DNA of 39,037 bases from the IMG/VR virus record IMGVR_UViG_2529293063_000017; one strand, 5' to 3'. Under the pieces are notes generated by a model. That model searched no databases. It saw only the letters and a program-made list of their open reading frames with translations, and had not been told where the DNA came from. The translations under genes and the position numbers were made by a program. Source of the DNA: a virus (lineage: Duplodnaviria; Heunggongvirae; Uroviricota; Caudoviricetes). Within the stretch, counting starts at the first letter, position 1; every line of letters begins with the position of its first letter. This document shows positions 18,301 through 28,241 of the stretch, in pieces.

Positions 18301-18846
18301 ATGAAATCGAAAGACGAAATTTTTGATGCCGTTCTTGGCAAAGAAGGCGGCTACGTCAATCACCCGGATGACAGAGGCGGTCCGACAAAATGGGGCATCA
18401 CTGAAAAGGTGGCACGGGCGCACGGATACCGTGGCGATATGCGTGATTTAACGCGCGGACAGGCACTGGAAATCCTTGAAGCTGATTACTGGTACGGACC
18501 GCGTTTTGATCAGATAGCGAAGCTGTCCCCGGATATTGCCGCAGAACTGTGTGACACCGGAGTAAATATGGGACCGTCTGTGGCAACCAGAATGCTTCAG
18601 CGCTGGCTGAACGCATTCAATCAGGGCGGGAAACTGTATCCCGATATGGACACAGACGGACGCACTGGCCCACGCACGATTAACGCATTACGTGCATATC
18701 TGGAAAAACGCGGTCGGGGCGGCGAGATGGTGATGTTAACAGCACTGAACTGTACACAGGGTGAACGCTATCTGGAGCTGGCGGAAAAACGCGAAGCCAA
18801 CGAGTCGTTTGTCTACGGCTGGATAAAGGAACGCGTGGCAGCATGA
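18301..18846 (+). CDS. Endolysin, GH108-type N-terminal domain with C-terminal peptidoglycan-binding domain
   Basis: 181 aa; ...GGYVNHPDDRGGPTKWGIT... motif characteristic of GH108 muramidases; in lysis-cassette position. Confidence 0.8.
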   Translation: MKSKDEIFDAVLGKEGGYVNHPDDRGGPTKWGITEKVARAHGYRGDMRDLTRGQALEILEADYWYGPRFDQIAKLSPDIAAELCDTGVNMGPSVATRMLQRWLNAFNQGGKLYPDMDTDGRTGPRTINALRAYLEKRGRGGEMVMLTALNCTQGERYLELAEKREANESFVYGWIKERVAA

Positions 18847-19250
18847 GGTTATGGACTTCTCTGGGCGTCGCTTTTCTTCTGATTGCCGCATGGGGAACAT
18901 CCATGCGTCTGTCGTGGTCGCTGGGCCGGGAGAACGCCAGAAACGAAGCGCAGGCCAGCACCCTGAAAAGTACCGTCGACACCCTGAATATCATCAGCGC
19001 CGGGGTACAGGATATGCAGCAGGTGCTGGCACAACTCCGCACGGAAAATCAGCAACGCAATCAGGACGGAGAGGCCAGACGTGAACAGCTACGCAACGAT
19101 ATTGCAAAAGATGAATGCGCCCACGCTTTGCCTGACGCTCGTTTTACTGACAGGTTGCGCAGGCACGCAGAACGCGCCACGGCCAGCGCCGTCAGTCCGG
19201 CTTATACCGCAGACGCTGACCATACCGGTAACGCCTCCCCCCTTCCCTGA
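18843..19250 (+). CDS. i-spanin (Rz/LysB-like): N-terminal TM plus coiled coil
   Basis: MRLWTSLGVAFLLIAAW... TM then Q/E/R-rich coiled-coil; start overlaps the endolysin stop; C-terminal end uncertain because of the embedded o-spanin frame. Confidence 0.6.
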   Translation: MRLWTSLGVAFLLIAAWGTSMRLSWSLGRENARNEAQASTLKSTVDTLNIISAGVQDMQQVLAQLRTENQQRNQDGEARREQLRNDIAKDECAHALPDARFTDRLRRHAERATASAVSPAYTADADHTGNASPLP

Positions 19251-19401
19251 CACTCCCACATGGGGAAATCTCGGTATATGGGGCGACCGCCTTCTGGATG
19301 CACTGGAAACCTGTAACGCGGATAAACGGGCCATTGAATTACTGGAACAGCGCAGGCTGCAACGACTGAACAACGAGGACAACAACCATGCTGAAAACTG
19401 A
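19111..19401 (+). CDS. o-spanin (Rz1/LysC-like) outer-membrane lipoprotein, overlapping the i-spanin in another frame
   Basis: MNAPTLCLTLVLLTGC lipobox signal; proline-rich mature part; overlaps 18843-19250 out of frame. Confidence 0.6.
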   Translation: MNAPTLCLTLVLLTGCAGTQNAPRPAPSVRLIPQTLTIPVTPPPFPDTPTWGNLGIWGDRLLDALETCNADKRAIELLEQRRLQRLNNEDNNHAEN

Positions 19402-19855
19402 TTCCCTGCGTGAAGCCATGACCCGTTCATGCCGATGGTGTCAGGCCAACCCGGAAAAATTCACCATTTTCGTGGAGAGCGGCAACATTGAAACGACCGG
19501 AGAAACCCCATCGTTTGTTTACCGCTATCAGATGGTGATGTTTGTTATGGATTACGCCGGGGAGCTGGACGACCTCACGCTGCCGCTGCTGGCGTGGTTA
19601 TCCGAAAATCAGCCACAGTTGTTGCTCAACCCTGAGCGTAATCAGGACATCAAATTCTCCGCCGTTATCAATGACGATGACAGCGCCGATCTCCTGTTTA
19701 CGCTCCCCCTGCGGGAACGCGTTCGCATCACGCGCAGCAGTCAGGACACACCGCAGGCAGAACACCTGCCGGAGCCAAAACCCCGCCTGCCATCTTCCGA
19801 AGGCGACTGGTCGCATGTATTCCAGGATGTGACGTGGGGTGAAAGCGATGGATAA
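19388..19855 (+). CDS. R: Tail completion protein, gpR-like
   Basis: MLKTDSLREAMT... and ...LPLLAWLSENQP... resemble P2 gpR. Confidence 0.85.
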   Translation: MLKTDSLREAMTRSCRWCQANPEKFTIFVESGNIETTGETPSFVYRYQMVMFVMDYAGELDDLTLPLLAWLSENQPQLLLNPERNQDIKFSAVINDDDSADLLFTLPLRERVRITRSSQDTPQAEHLPEPKPRLPSSEGDWSHVFQDVTWGESDG

Positions 19856-20483
19856 GGCATTCCCCCGCGTGGATGAAACCTTTGAGGCCATCCGCGACAG
19901 CCTGAATCAGCAGGCCATCAATAACATCGCCAGAAAGCTGGCACAGGATTTACGCCGCGCCCAGCAGGCGCGTATCCGGTCACAGAAAGCGCCGGACGGG
20001 ACCGCGTGGACACCACGCAGACGCCGCGTAACCCGGATACAGGAGCGCATTCGCTTTATCTGGAATAACGAAGCACGCACGCTGAAAAACTGGCATCACG
20101 ACACGGGGAAATACGGGCAAACCATTACCGGGTGGGATGAGGATAAAAACAATATCCGCACGTTTTACCGGGATGACATCGACCGTTTTCTGGAAATACG
20201 CACCCGGCGCATCAACCAGGACAGCACAAAGCGCGTCCCCATGTTCGTAAAACTGCGCACCGCCCGCTACCTGAAAGCCCGTGCAGATGCTTCCGGTGTG
20301 ACGGTGGGTTACAGCGGCGTGGCCGCACGTATTGCACGCGTTCATCAGTTCGGTGAGCGCGATCAAGTTGCGCCGGGCATTTTCACCGATTACCCGGTAC
20401 GTGAGCTGCTGGGTATCAGCCAGGCAGATGAGCGCCTGATTTATAACACGGTGCTGGGCCGGATTGCGGAGGCTGTACGGTGA
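19848..20483 (+). CDS. S: Tail completion / virion morphogenesis protein, gpS-like
   Basis: Position between R and V; start overlaps the R stop; longer than I recall for P2 S. Confidence 0.7.
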   Translation: MDKAFPRVDETFEAIRDSLNQQAINNIARKLAQDLRRAQQARIRSQKAPDGTAWTPRRRRVTRIQERIRFIWNNEARTLKNWHHDTGKYGQTITGWDEDKNNIRTFYRDDIDRFLEIRTRRINQDSTKRVPMFVKLRTARYLKARADASGVTVGYSGVAARIARVHQFGERDQVAPGIFTDYPVRELLGISQADERLIYNTVLGRIAEAVR

Positions 20484-21061
20484 GCGCAGAACTCATGCGA
20501 CTGCTGAGCAACATCATTCGCACCGGGATCATCTCTGAAGTTGATGAGAAGTCCTGGCGCGTGCGCGTTCGCAGCGGCGAACTGGAAACAGGCTGGCTGC
20601 GCTGGAACACCACGCGCGCGGGAGCCTTCAATGTGTGGCTGCCGCCATCACCAGGCGAACAGGTGGTAATTGCCTGCATTGGCGGCAACCCGGAAACCGC
20701 CATGATAATTGGCAGCCTGTGGAGTGATGCCAGTCCGGCCCCCGGCAAAAGCCTGAAAGAAATCGTGGTCAGCGCGCCGGATGGCGCGGTGTTCCGCTAC
20801 GACGCAGACGCTGGCGCACTGAGCGCCAGCGGCATGAAAACAGCCACCCTGCAGGCATCCGTCAGCGTGACACTGGATACGCCCGTCGTGGAATGCACAG
20901 ACCTTCTGAGAACAGCGACGCTTGACGTCACAAAAGGGGGAAAGATGAGCGGCAATATCACGCACAGCGGCGGCGATTTCACCTCAAACGGCATCACAGT
21001 GCATACGCATAAGCACGGTGGCGTTAAAGGTGGCAGCGATTCGACAGGAGGCCCGCAGTGA
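20480..21061 (+). CDS. V: Baseplate spike protein, gpV-like
   Basis: ...NIIRTGIISEVDEKSWRVRVRSG...GNITHSGGDFTSNGITVHTHKHGG... matches P2 gpV; GTG start overlapping the S stop. Confidence 0.9.
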   Translation: MSAELMRLLSNIIRTGIISEVDEKSWRVRVRSGELETGWLRWNTTRAGAFNVWLPPSPGEQVVIACIGGNPETAMIIGSLWSDASPAPGKSLKEIVVSAPDGAVFRYDADAGALSASGMKTATLQASVSVTLDTPVVECTDLLRTATLDVTKGGKMSGNITHSGGDFTSNGITVHTHKHGGVKGGSDSTGGPQ

Positions 21062-21408
21062 CAACCCGCTACACAGGAATGAATCCGGACGGGACGGGAA
21101 ACCTGAACGATACGGAGCACCTGAAACAGTCAGTCAGGGACATCCTGACCACCCCGCTGGCAAGCCGGGTTATGCGACGGGAATATGGCAGCCTTGTGCC
21201 TGATTTAATTGACGAACCCATGAATAACACCACGCGTCTGCAATGCATGAGTGCTGCCGTGATTGCGCTGACACGATGGGAACCCCGCATTGCCCTGGAC
21301 GCCATCGACGTTGTCTGGAAGGCAGGAGGCCGCGCCGGGGTGACGCTGTCGGGCACTGTCATGCAGACCATGCAGAATGTTGAATTAACCATCACGCTAA
21401 GGGAGTAA
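21058..21408 (+). CDS. W: Baseplate wedge protein, gpW-like (gp25/lysozyme-like family)
   Basis: MTTRYTGMNPDG...RVMRREYGSL... resembles P2 gpW (MTARYLGMNRSDG...RVMRRDYGSL...). Confidence 0.9.
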   Translation: MTTRYTGMNPDGTGNLNDTEHLKQSVRDILTTPLASRVMRREYGSLVPDLIDEPMNNTTRLQCMSAAVIALTRWEPRIALDAIDVVWKAGGRAGVTLSGTVMQTMQNVELTITLRE

Positions 21409-21411
21409 ATC

Positions 21412-22308
21412 ATGCCTGCTGTTGACCTTTCCCAGTTACCGGAACCCGCCATCATCGCGGAGCCTGATTTTGAGGCAATTCTGGCTGACACAAAGGCCAT
21501 GATGATTGCGTCCTATCCTGCCGAACAGCGTGAAGCCGTCTCCGCCGCGCTGGAGCTGGAATCGGAACCCCTGAACGTTATCGCTCAAACCATGTCTTTT
21601 CGTGAAATGCTGTTACGCCAGCGGGTCAATGAGGGTGCACGCGCCTGCATGCTAAGCCACAGCGCTGGGACAGACCTGGACAACCTCGCGGGCAATATGA
21701 ACACAAAGCGCCTGGTTATCACTCCGGCAACGGATACCACCGACGCAGTGATGGAAAGTGACACCTCGCTGAGACTACGGGCGCAACGGGCATATGACGG
21801 TCTGAGTGTTGCTGGCCCGTCAGGTGCATACGAGTATTTTGCACGCAGCGCCAGCGGTCTGGTACGCGATGCGCGGGCCATCAGCCCGTCTCCGGCCAAC
21901 GTGACGGTTTCCATCCTGTCCACTGAGGGCGACGGCACAGCAACGGGGGCGTTGCTTAATACCGTTCGCGCCGTTCTGAATGCAGAGGATACCCGCCCGG
22001 TGGCCGACCGCCTGACCGTACAGAGTGCCAGAATCGTGACATGGCGGCTGAATGCAAAACTGTACTTTTACCCCGGCCCGGAATCCGAACCTATTCTGGC
22101 CGCGGCAGAATCGTCGTTCAGGAAGTGGCTGTCTGAGCAGGGGCTTATCGGTCAGGACGTGGCGTTGTCAGCCATTGCTGCCGCACTGCATGTGCACGGT
22201 GTGCAACGCGTGGAGATAATCGAACCCACACAAAATATGGCCATCAGCGACATACAGGCGGCGCGCTGTGAGTCATTCACCATCAGCGAAGGTGGGCGTA
22301 ATGAGTAA
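21412..22308 (+). CDS. J: Baseplate protein, gpJ-like
   Basis: 298 aa; position and size match P2 J. Confidence 0.85.
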   Translation: MPAVDLSQLPEPAIIAEPDFEAILADTKAMMIASYPAEQREAVSAALELESEPLNVIAQTMSFREMLLRQRVNEGARACMLSHSAGTDLDNLAGNMNTKRLVITPATDTTDAVMESDTSLRLRAQRAYDGLSVAGPSGAYEYFARSASGLVRDARAISPSPANVTVSILSTEGDGTATGALLNTVRAVLNAEDTRPVADRLTVQSARIVTWRLNAKLYFYPGPESEPILAAAESSFRKWLSEQGLIGQDVALSAIAAALHVHGVQRVEIIEPTQNMAISDIQAARCESFTISEGGRNE

Positions 22309-22831
22309 TTCACTGTTACCGCCATCAGCCAGCAATTTCATGCGTTGTGCCGAAGCTGTCGGAACGCGCATTACAGACATTCCGGTAGACCTCAACACAC
22401 TGTGGTCGCCGGACACCTGCCCGGTGCATCTGCTGCCTTATCTCGCCTGGGCATTTTCCGTTGACCGCTGGGATCGCAACTGGCCGGAAGAGACAAAGCG
22501 ACAGGTGATTCGTGATGCATGGCTGATACACCGACACAAAGGGACCATCAGCGCACTGCGCCGGGCCATTGAGCCGCTGGGATACCTCATTCGTGTGTCT
22601 GAGTGGTGGGAGTTCGGCGGAGAACCGGGAACATTTACCGTTGAAGTCGGCACGCTGGAGAGTGGCGTGACGGAGGAAATGTATCTGGAAATGGAGCGGT
22701 TGATTGCTGATGCCCGCCCGGTCAGCCGCCACATGACAGGGCTGAATATCATTCAGGAGATCCCGGGGGATATTTTCGCGGCGGCAGCAACTTACGACGG
22801 TGAAGTCATTACCATTTATCCGGACGATTAA
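22301..22831 (+). CDS. I: Baseplate protein, gpI-like
   Basis: ...NTLWSPDTCPVHLLPYLAWAFSVDRWD...EMERLIADARPVSRH... is near-identical in motif content to P2 gpI; ATG at 22301. Confidence 0.9.
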   Translation: MSNSLLPPSASNFMRCAEAVGTRITDIPVDLNTLWSPDTCPVHLLPYLAWAFSVDRWDRNWPEETKRQVIRDAWLIHRHKGTISALRRAIEPLGYLIRVSEWWEFGGEPGTFTVEVGTLESGVTEEMYLEMERLIADARPVSRHMTGLNIIQEIPGDIFAAAATYDGEVITIYPDD

Positions 22832-22833
22832 GC

Positions 22834-24999
22834 ATGAGTACCACAACACGAAAATTTAAAACCATTATCACTGATACTGGTGCCAAAAAATTAGCTCAGG
22901 CAGCCGCGCCAGGTGGTAATCCTGTCCGCCTGACTCACATGGCCGTGGGCGACGGTGGCGGCACGTTGCCCACACCAGACAGTAAGCAGACCCGTCTGGT
23001 GCATGAGGTGTGGCGACATACTGTTAATCGCGTCATCCTGGACGCAACACATCAGAACCGCATTATTGCGGAGCTGGTTATTCCTCCTGAAACGGGCGGA
23101 TTCTGGATCCGGGAAATTGGTGTATTTGATGAGCACGGCGATTTAATCGCGGTGGGCAATACTGCCGAAAGTTACAAACCAACCGTTGCCGAAGGGTCCG
23201 GACGTGCACAAACATTTCGCACCATTCTGACCGTATCCAGCACTGCCACCGTGGCGCTTACCGTGGATAACACCATGGTGATGGCCACAGTGGATTACGT
23301 GGATGACAAACTGAAAGAGCATGAACAGTCACGACGTCACCCGGATGCCTCGCTGACCGCAAAAGGCTTTGTTCAACTCAGTAGCGCCACTAACAGCGAT
23401 TCTGAAACGCTGGCTGCAACGCCGAAAGCGGTTAAGGCCGCGTATGACCTGGCTAACGGAAAATATACCGCTCAGGACGCCACGACGGCACGAAAAGGGA
23501 TAGTCCAGCTCAGCAGTGCAACCAACAGCACGTCTGAAACGCTGGCAGCGACACCAAAAGCGGTTAAGGCGGTAATGGATGAAACGAACAAGAAAGCCCC
23601 ATTAAACAGCCCGGCACTGACCGGAACGCCAACAACACCAACTGCACAACAGGGAACGAATAATACCCAAATCGCAAGCACGGCTTTCGTTATGGCCGCG
23701 ATTGCCGCACTTGTAGACTCTTCACCTGACGCACTGAACACGCTGAACGAACTGGCGGCGGCGCTGGGCAACGACCCGAATTTTGCGACCACCATGACTA
23801 ACGCGCTTGCGGGTAAGCAACCGAAAGATGCCACCCTGACGGCGCTGGCCGGGCTTGCTACTGCGGCAGACAGGTTTCCGTATTTTACGGGGAATGATGT
23901 TGCCAGTCTGGCAACCCTGACAGAAGTCGGGCGGGATATTCTTGCGAAATCGACCGTTGCCGCTGTTATCGAATACCTCGGTTTACAGGAAACGGTAAAC
24001 AGGGCTGGTAACGCCGTGCAAAAAAATGGCGATACCTTGTCCGGTGGGCTTACTTTTGAAAATGACTCAATCCTTGCCTGGATTCGAAATACTGACTGGG
24101 CGAAGATTGGATTTAAAAATGATGCTGATGGTGACACTGATTCATACATGTGGTTTGAAACAGGCGACAACGGCAATGAATATTTCAAATGGAGAAGCAA
24201 AAAAAGCACCACAACAAAAGACCTGATGAATCTTAAATGGGATGCTTTGTTTGTCCTTGTTAAAGCCCTTTTCAGCAGTGAAGTAAAAATATCGACAGTC
24301 AATGCACTAAGGATATTTAATTCATCTTTTGGTGCCATTTTTCGCCGTTCTGAAGAATGCCTGCATATCATCCCGACACGAGAGAATGAGGGAGAAAATG
24401 GTGATATAGGGCCACTACGCCCCTTTACGCTTAATCTTAGAACTGGTCGGATAAGCATGGGGCATGGTCTTGATGTTACAGGGGATATATTTGCAAACCG
24501 TTTTGCAATTAACAGTAGTACCGGCATGTGGATTCATATGCGTGACCAGAATGTTATTTTGGGACGCAATGCGGTATCCACCGATGGTGCACAGGCATTA
24601 CTTCGTCAGGACCATGCTGATCGCAAATTTATGATTGGTGGGCTGGGAAATAAGCAATTTGGCATCTACATGATTAATAACTCAAGGACAGCTAATGGCA
24701 CCGATGGTCAGGCGTACATGGATAATAACGGGAACTGGCTTTGCGGCTCGCAAGTTATTCCCGGCAACTATGGCAATTTTGATTCCAGATATGTGAAAGA
24801 TGTTCGACTTGGTTCACAGCAATATTATGGAGTGAACAACTGGCAAACATGGAATTTCCAGTGCCCGTCAGGTCATGTATTGTCTGGTATTAATGTTCAG
24901 GATACAGGGTCCAACTCTGCCGATAATATAGCGGGCGTTTATTACAGACCCGTTCAAAAGTATATAAATGGCACCTGGTATAATATAGCGAGCGTTTAA
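22834..24999 (+). CDS. H: Tail fibre protein, gpH-like; C-terminal part lies inside the invertible segment (currently expressed variant)
   Basis: 721 aa; Ala/Thr-rich repeats; C-terminus ...[12 protein letters not shown]; a gix-like crossover site at 23966-23999 lies in-frame inside the gene. Confidence 0.9.
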   Translation: MSTTTRKFKTIITDTGAKKLAQAAAPGGNPVRLTHMAVGDGGGTLPTPDSKQTRLVHEVWRHTVNRVILDATHQNRIIAELVIPPETGGFWIREIGVFDEHGDLIAVGNTAESYKPTVAEGSGRAQTFRTILTVSSTATVALTVDNTMVMATVDYVDDKLKEHEQSRRHPDASLTAKGFVQLSSATNSDSETLAATPKAVKAAYDLANGKYTAQDATTARKGIVQLSSATNSTSETLAATPKAVKAVMDETNKKAPLNSPALTGTPTTPTAQQGTNNTQIASTAFVMAAIAALVDSSPDALNTLNELAAALGNDPNFATTMTNALAGKQPKDATLTALAGLATAADRFPYFTGNDVASLATLTEVGRDILAKSTVAAVIEYLGLQETVNRAGNAVQKNGDTLSGGLTFENDSILAWIRNTDWAKIGFKNDADGDTDSYMWFETGDNGNEYFKWRSKKSTTTKDLMNLKWDALFVLVKALFSSEVKISTVNALRIFNSSFGAIFRRSEECLHIIPTRENEGENGDIGPLRPFTLNLRTGRISMGHGLDVTGDIFANRFAINSSTGMWIHMRDQNVILGRNAVSTDGAQALLRQDHADRKFMIGGLGNKQFGIYMINNSRTANGTDGQAYMDNNGNWLCGSQVIPGNYGNFDSRYVKDVRLGSQQYYGVNNWQTWNFQCPSGHVLSGINVQDTGSNSADNIAGVYYRPVQKYINGTWYNIASV
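23966..23999. other. gix/hix-like inversion crossover site (left inverted repeat, about 34 bp)
   Basis: ttatcgaatacctcggtttacaggaaacggtaaa; reverse-complement match to 27030-27063; resembles the Mu gix site as I recall it (TTCCTGTAAACCGAGGTTTTGGATAA). Confidence 0.75.
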
Positions 25000-25000
25000 T

Positions 25001-25528
25001 ATGATGCACTTAAAGAACATAAAAGCGGGTAATGCTAAAACACTGGAACAGTATGAGTTAACAAAGAAGCACGGAGTCATCTGGCTTTACTCTGAGGACG
25101 AAAAAAACTGGTATGAGGAAGTGAAAAACTTTCAGCCAGACACCATAAAGATTGTTTACGATAAAAATCAGATTATAGTCGCTATCACCAGAGATGCTTC
25201 AACGCTTAATCCTGAAGGTTTTAGCGTTGTTGAGGTTCCTGATATTACCTCCAACCGACGTGCTGACGACTCAGGTAAATGGATGTTTAAGGATGGTGCT
25301 GTGGTTAAACGGATTTATACGACAGATGAGCAGCAACAACAGGCAGAATCACAAAAGGCCGCGTTACTTTCCGAAGCAGAAAGCGTTATTCAGCCACTGG
25401 AACGCGCCGTCAGGCTGAATATGGCGACGGATGAGGAACGCGCACGACTGGAGTCATGGGAACGCTACAGTGTTCTGGTCAGCCGTGTGGATACGGCAAA
25501 TCCTGAATGGCCACAAAAGCCTGAATAA
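25001..25528 (+). CDS. G: Tail fibre assembly protein (gpG / Mu U-like)
   Basis: 175 aa; immediately after H; paralogous to the minus-strand ORF 25557-26090. Confidence 0.85.
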   Translation: MMHLKNIKAGNAKTLEQYELTKKHGVIWLYSEDEKNWYEEVKNFQPDTIKIVYDKNQIIVAITRDASTLNPEGFSVVEVPDITSNRRADDSGKWMFKDGAVVKRIYTTDEQQQQAESQKAALLSEAESVIQPLERAVRLNMATDEERARLESWERYSVLVSRVDTANPEWPQKPE

Positions 25529-25534
25529 AAATTA

Positions 25535-25554
25535 AGGCCCGCTATAGGGCCTTG
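25535..25554. terminator. Hairpin between convergent G and G' (bidirectional terminator candidate)
   Basis: aaggccc-gctata-gggcctt, 7-bp stem, at the centre of the invertible segment. Confidence 0.45.
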
Positions 25555-25556
25555 TC

Positions 25557-26090
25557 TCATTCAGGTTGTTCGGGAAACGTTACTGGCAGGCTGGAAGTGT
25601 CTGTAGATTCGACTTTCTGCGCAAAGAGCATCCACTCTGTTAATTTTTGTTTATTCTCGTCGGAAATGATGCCCAGCCGTAGCTGTGAGTCCCATAGCTG
25701 GGTTTTATCCCTGACGAGCTGTAGCAGGCTTTGCTTTTCATTTTCCGCCTGCTGCCTCTGCTCTTCCTCGGTATAAGTTCGCTTTACCACTACGCCATCT
25801 TTGAACATCCATTTACCCGAAATGTCAGCACGGCGATTTGCTGTAATATCAGGTAATTCAACGACGCTTGCGCCTTCCGGATTAATTGCTGAAACATCCT
25901 TTTCAATACAAATAATAACGCCGTTATGGCCATAGACCATTTTCAAAGTGTCTGGCTGGAAATTCTTTTGTTCCTCATACCAGTTTTTTCCATCATCTGA
26001 ATAAAGCCATTTGATGTTAAATTGCTTTGTTAGCTGGTATTGCTCTTTTGTTTTAGGGTTGCCAGCAGTAATGTTTTTTAAGTGCATCAT
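25557..26090 (-). CDS. Alternative tail fibre assembly protein (G'/U'-like)
   Basis: 177 aa; MMHLKNITAGNPKT... paralogous to G ([14 protein letters not shown]...). Confidence 0.85.
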   Translation of the reverse strand: MMHLKNITAGNPKTKEQYQLTKQFNIKWLYSDDGKNWYEEQKNFQPDTLKMVYGHNGVIICIEKDVSAINPEGASVVELPDITANRRADISGKWMFKDGVVVKRTYTEEEQRQQAENEKQSLLQLVRDKTQLWDSQLRLGIISDENKQKLTEWMLFAQKVESTDTSSLPVTFPEQPE

Positions 26091-26092
26091 CG

Positions 26093-27037
26093 TTAAATAC
26101 TCCCCGCGTTATACCACGTCCCATTAATGCAATACTGAATTGGCCTTGCCTGAGTTGTATCAATTAATGCATCACGGTTTCCGTTGACTGAACCCGTAAC
26201 GACATAACCTGACCTGTCAGACCAGCCGGGGCCATTCCATGTCTGAACAGATGACAGACCGCCAAGGCGAATACCTGTAATAAACCTTGAGTTACATTCT
26301 GCCTGCGTGTATGCACCAACATCTCCCGCAGAGGGTTTGCGGGTCGTGGTGTAAAACTCTGACCAGTCAACCTCAAATCCATAACCATCACGCGCTGAAC
26401 GATAAAAAATACCGCCGTTCCTGTAATTCACGCGGAACTGTACAGCAGGGCAGCTCCCCGTATTCATATTGAAGTGGAGGATTAATGTCGATGCGCCACC
26501 AATGTTTGCGTTATAGACCCCGCTATTCCAGTTCCAGCCAACAGCTTTATCATTTCCGACAGTGCTTCCTGTTTGCCCTAAAGCAAATGCAGGTTGTTGA
26601 TTTTTCGTGTTGTAGTCTCGTCGCCAGCCAGGAGCATAAGCATCACCATGATTAATATAAGTGAATTGAGCGTTAGTAATTCCGCCACCGCTGGACGTGC
26701 TCGGCGTGGTAACGCGTATGGTCATTGCGCCGCGAGTGCCAATAACTTCCACCACAGCACCTGCAAGACAAATATTTCCGCAACCTGTATCTGTAATGAC
26801 CTTATTATTTGCATAAGCCCATGAGCCTTTGCACATCCAGTAAGGATGGTTAAATGCTCCCTGACTCTCCAGCCACGAAATAAATTGCGCGGTTGTCCAG
26901 ACCTGACTATCGCCACCAATATCCAGCCATGCGCTATATGCGCGGCAGGCCCCAATATTTTTGGTGAAGGTATCTTTTCCCGGAATATCTGCGCCGTTCT
27001 GGTTTTTCTGTAATGCGCCAGAAGCCTGATTTACCGT
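26093..27037 (-). CDS. Alternative tail-fibre C-terminal variable segment (H'-variable), start-less; fuses to H constant part after inversion
   Basis: Reading frame is open on the minus strand from the gix-like site down to the stop at 26093 and in phase with H across the shared crossover sequence; ends ...INGTWYNAGSI, parallel to the H C-terminus. Confidence 0.75.
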   Translation of the reverse strand, partial: TVNQASGALQKNQNGADIPGKDTFTKNIGACRAYSAWLDIGGDSQVWTTAQFISWLESQGAFNHPYWMCKGSWAYANNKVITDTGCGNICLAGAVVEVIGTRGAMTIRVTTPSTSSGGGITNAQFTYINHGDAYAPGWRRDYNTKNQQPAFALGQTGSTVGNDKAVGWNWNSGVYNANIGGASTLILHFNMNTGSCPAVQFRVNYRNGGIFYRSARDGYGFEVDWSEFYTTTRKPSAGDVGAYTQAECNSRFITGIRLGGLSSVQTWNGPGWSDRSGYVVTGSVNGNRDALIDTTQARPIQYCINGTWYNAGSI

Positions 27038-27063
27038 TTCCTGTAAACCGAGGTTTTAGATAA
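27030..27063. other. gix/hix-like inversion crossover site (right inverted repeat)
   Basis: ttcctgtaaaccgaggttttagataa at 27038-27063, 25/26 to the Mu gix sequence as I recall it; inverted copy of 23966-23999. Confidence 0.8.
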
Positions 27064-27117
27064 TGGCCGTTTCCGGCCTGCATGGCATGATTTGCGCTTT
27101 TGGACGGGAGATTCAGC

Positions 27118-27705
27118 GTGCTGATTGGCTATGTAAGGGTATCAACAAATGACCAGAATACAGACCTGCAACGAAACGCTCTTGTTTGTGCAGGATGTGA
27201 ACAAATATTTGAAGATAAATTAAGCGGGACAAAGACAGACCGACCGGGATTAAAACGCGCTTTAAAGCGCCTTCAAAAAGGTGACACGCTGGTTGTCTGG
27301 AAACTGGATCGCCTCGGGCGAAGCATGAAACATCTGATTTCTCTCGTCGGGGAACTACGGGAGCGAGGAATTAATTTTCGCAGTCTGACCGACAGCATAG
27401 ATACATCTTCTCCAATGGGGCGTTTTTTCTTCCACGTGATGGGTGCCCTGGCTGAAATGGAACGTGAATTAATTGTTGAACGTACACTGGCCGGACTGGC
27501 GGCAGCACGCGCACGGGGGCGCACAGGCGGACGTCGACCGAAGCTGACAAAAGAACAGCATGAGCAAATAGCAAGGCTGATCAAAAACGGGCACGACAGA
27601 AAACAACTGGCAATAATTTACGGCATTGGTATATCGACGATTTATCGTTACCACCCCGCAGGAGAATCAATCGGAACAATAGAGAAGAGTCAGGAAACAA
27701 AATAA
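27118..27705 (+). CDS. Serine DNA invertase, Gin/Pin/Cin/Hin family
   Basis: MLIGYVRVSTNDQNTDLQRNALVCAGCEQIFEDKLSG...LVVWKLDRLGRSMKHLISLVGELRERGINFRSLTDSIDTSSPMGRFFFHVMGALAEMERELI... is close to Gin-family invertases; GTG start at 27118 (the ORF track extends to a TTG at 27100). Confidence 0.9.
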   Translation: MLIGYVRVSTNDQNTDLQRNALVCAGCEQIFEDKLSGTKTDRPGLKRALKRLQKGDTLVVWKLDRLGRSMKHLISLVGELRERGINFRSLTDSIDTSSPMGRFFFHVMGALAEMERELIVERTLAGLAAARARGRTGGRRPKLTKEQHEQIARLIKNGHDRKQLAIIYGIGISTIYRYHPAGESIGTIEKSQETK

Positions 27706-27737
27706 CCGCTAATCTGACCATTAGCGGTTTTTGTGTT
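27706..27737 (+). terminator. Rho-independent terminator after the invertase gene
   Basis: ccgctaat-ctgacc-attagcgg hairpin followed by tttttgtg. Confidence 0.5.
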
Positions 27738-27740
27738 AAA

Positions 27741-28235
27741 TCAGAACAGCCCTTTAACTGAACTGGCCGCGCTGTTAAGAGATGATGTCACCTTATCTTT
27801 GAAGCCGGACAGCATATCGCTGAATGATGAGGATTGCAGGCGCTCCCGCAAATCCTCATCACAGCGTTCAAGGGTCAGTGAAAATTCTATCTTTTTCGCC
27901 TTACCGTAGCGATCAAACTCGGAACGGGTCGTATTAGTTTCAGTCAACACATACATGCCGTAAATCTGCCCGACACCATCAATCAGAGGCCAGGGGCGTC
28001 CTGTATATGCCTGCGTGGTCAGCAACGAAAGCGACACTTCGCCACCTGTAATTTCAGGATAAAGCACGCCAGAAAGCACAATGCGATCATCACCTGCACC
28101 GATATACTGCCAGCTTGCTGAGCGGTTAACGCGTTCATTTTTCACATGCCGCCAGCTTTTGTTTTGCTGTAACTGCTGATGCGGCAATGTGCGCAGCTCA
28201 AAAACAAACATGCCGTAGATCATCATCATGACCAT
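27741..28235 (-). CDS. U: Tail protein, gpU-like
   Basis: ...FVFELRTLPHQQLQQNKSWRH...WPLIDGVGQIYGMYVLTE... resembles P2 gpU. Confidence 0.85.
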   Translation of the reverse strand: MVMMMIYGMFVFELRTLPHQQLQQNKSWRHVKNERVNRSASWQYIGAGDDRIVLSGVLYPEITGGEVSLSLLTTQAYTGRPWPLIDGVGQIYGMYVLTETNTTRSEFDRYGKAKKIEFSLTLERCDEDLRERLQSSSFSDMLSGFKDKVTSSLNSAASSVKGLF

Positions 28236-28241
28236 GACTCC

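Larger units (their letters stand above)
23966..27063. other. Invertible tail-fibre segment (Mu G-segment / P1 C-segment-like host-range switch)
   Basis: About 3.1-kb segment bounded by inverted gix-like sites, containing H C-terminus plus G on the plus strand and G' plus a start-less alternative H C-terminus on the minus strand; invertase gene immediately outside. Confidence 0.8.

Noticed and set aside
23472-24527. 351-aa minus-strand ORF
   Set aside because: Antisense to tail fibre H; the Ala/Ser/Val-rich product mirrors the Ala/Thr-rich fibre sequence.
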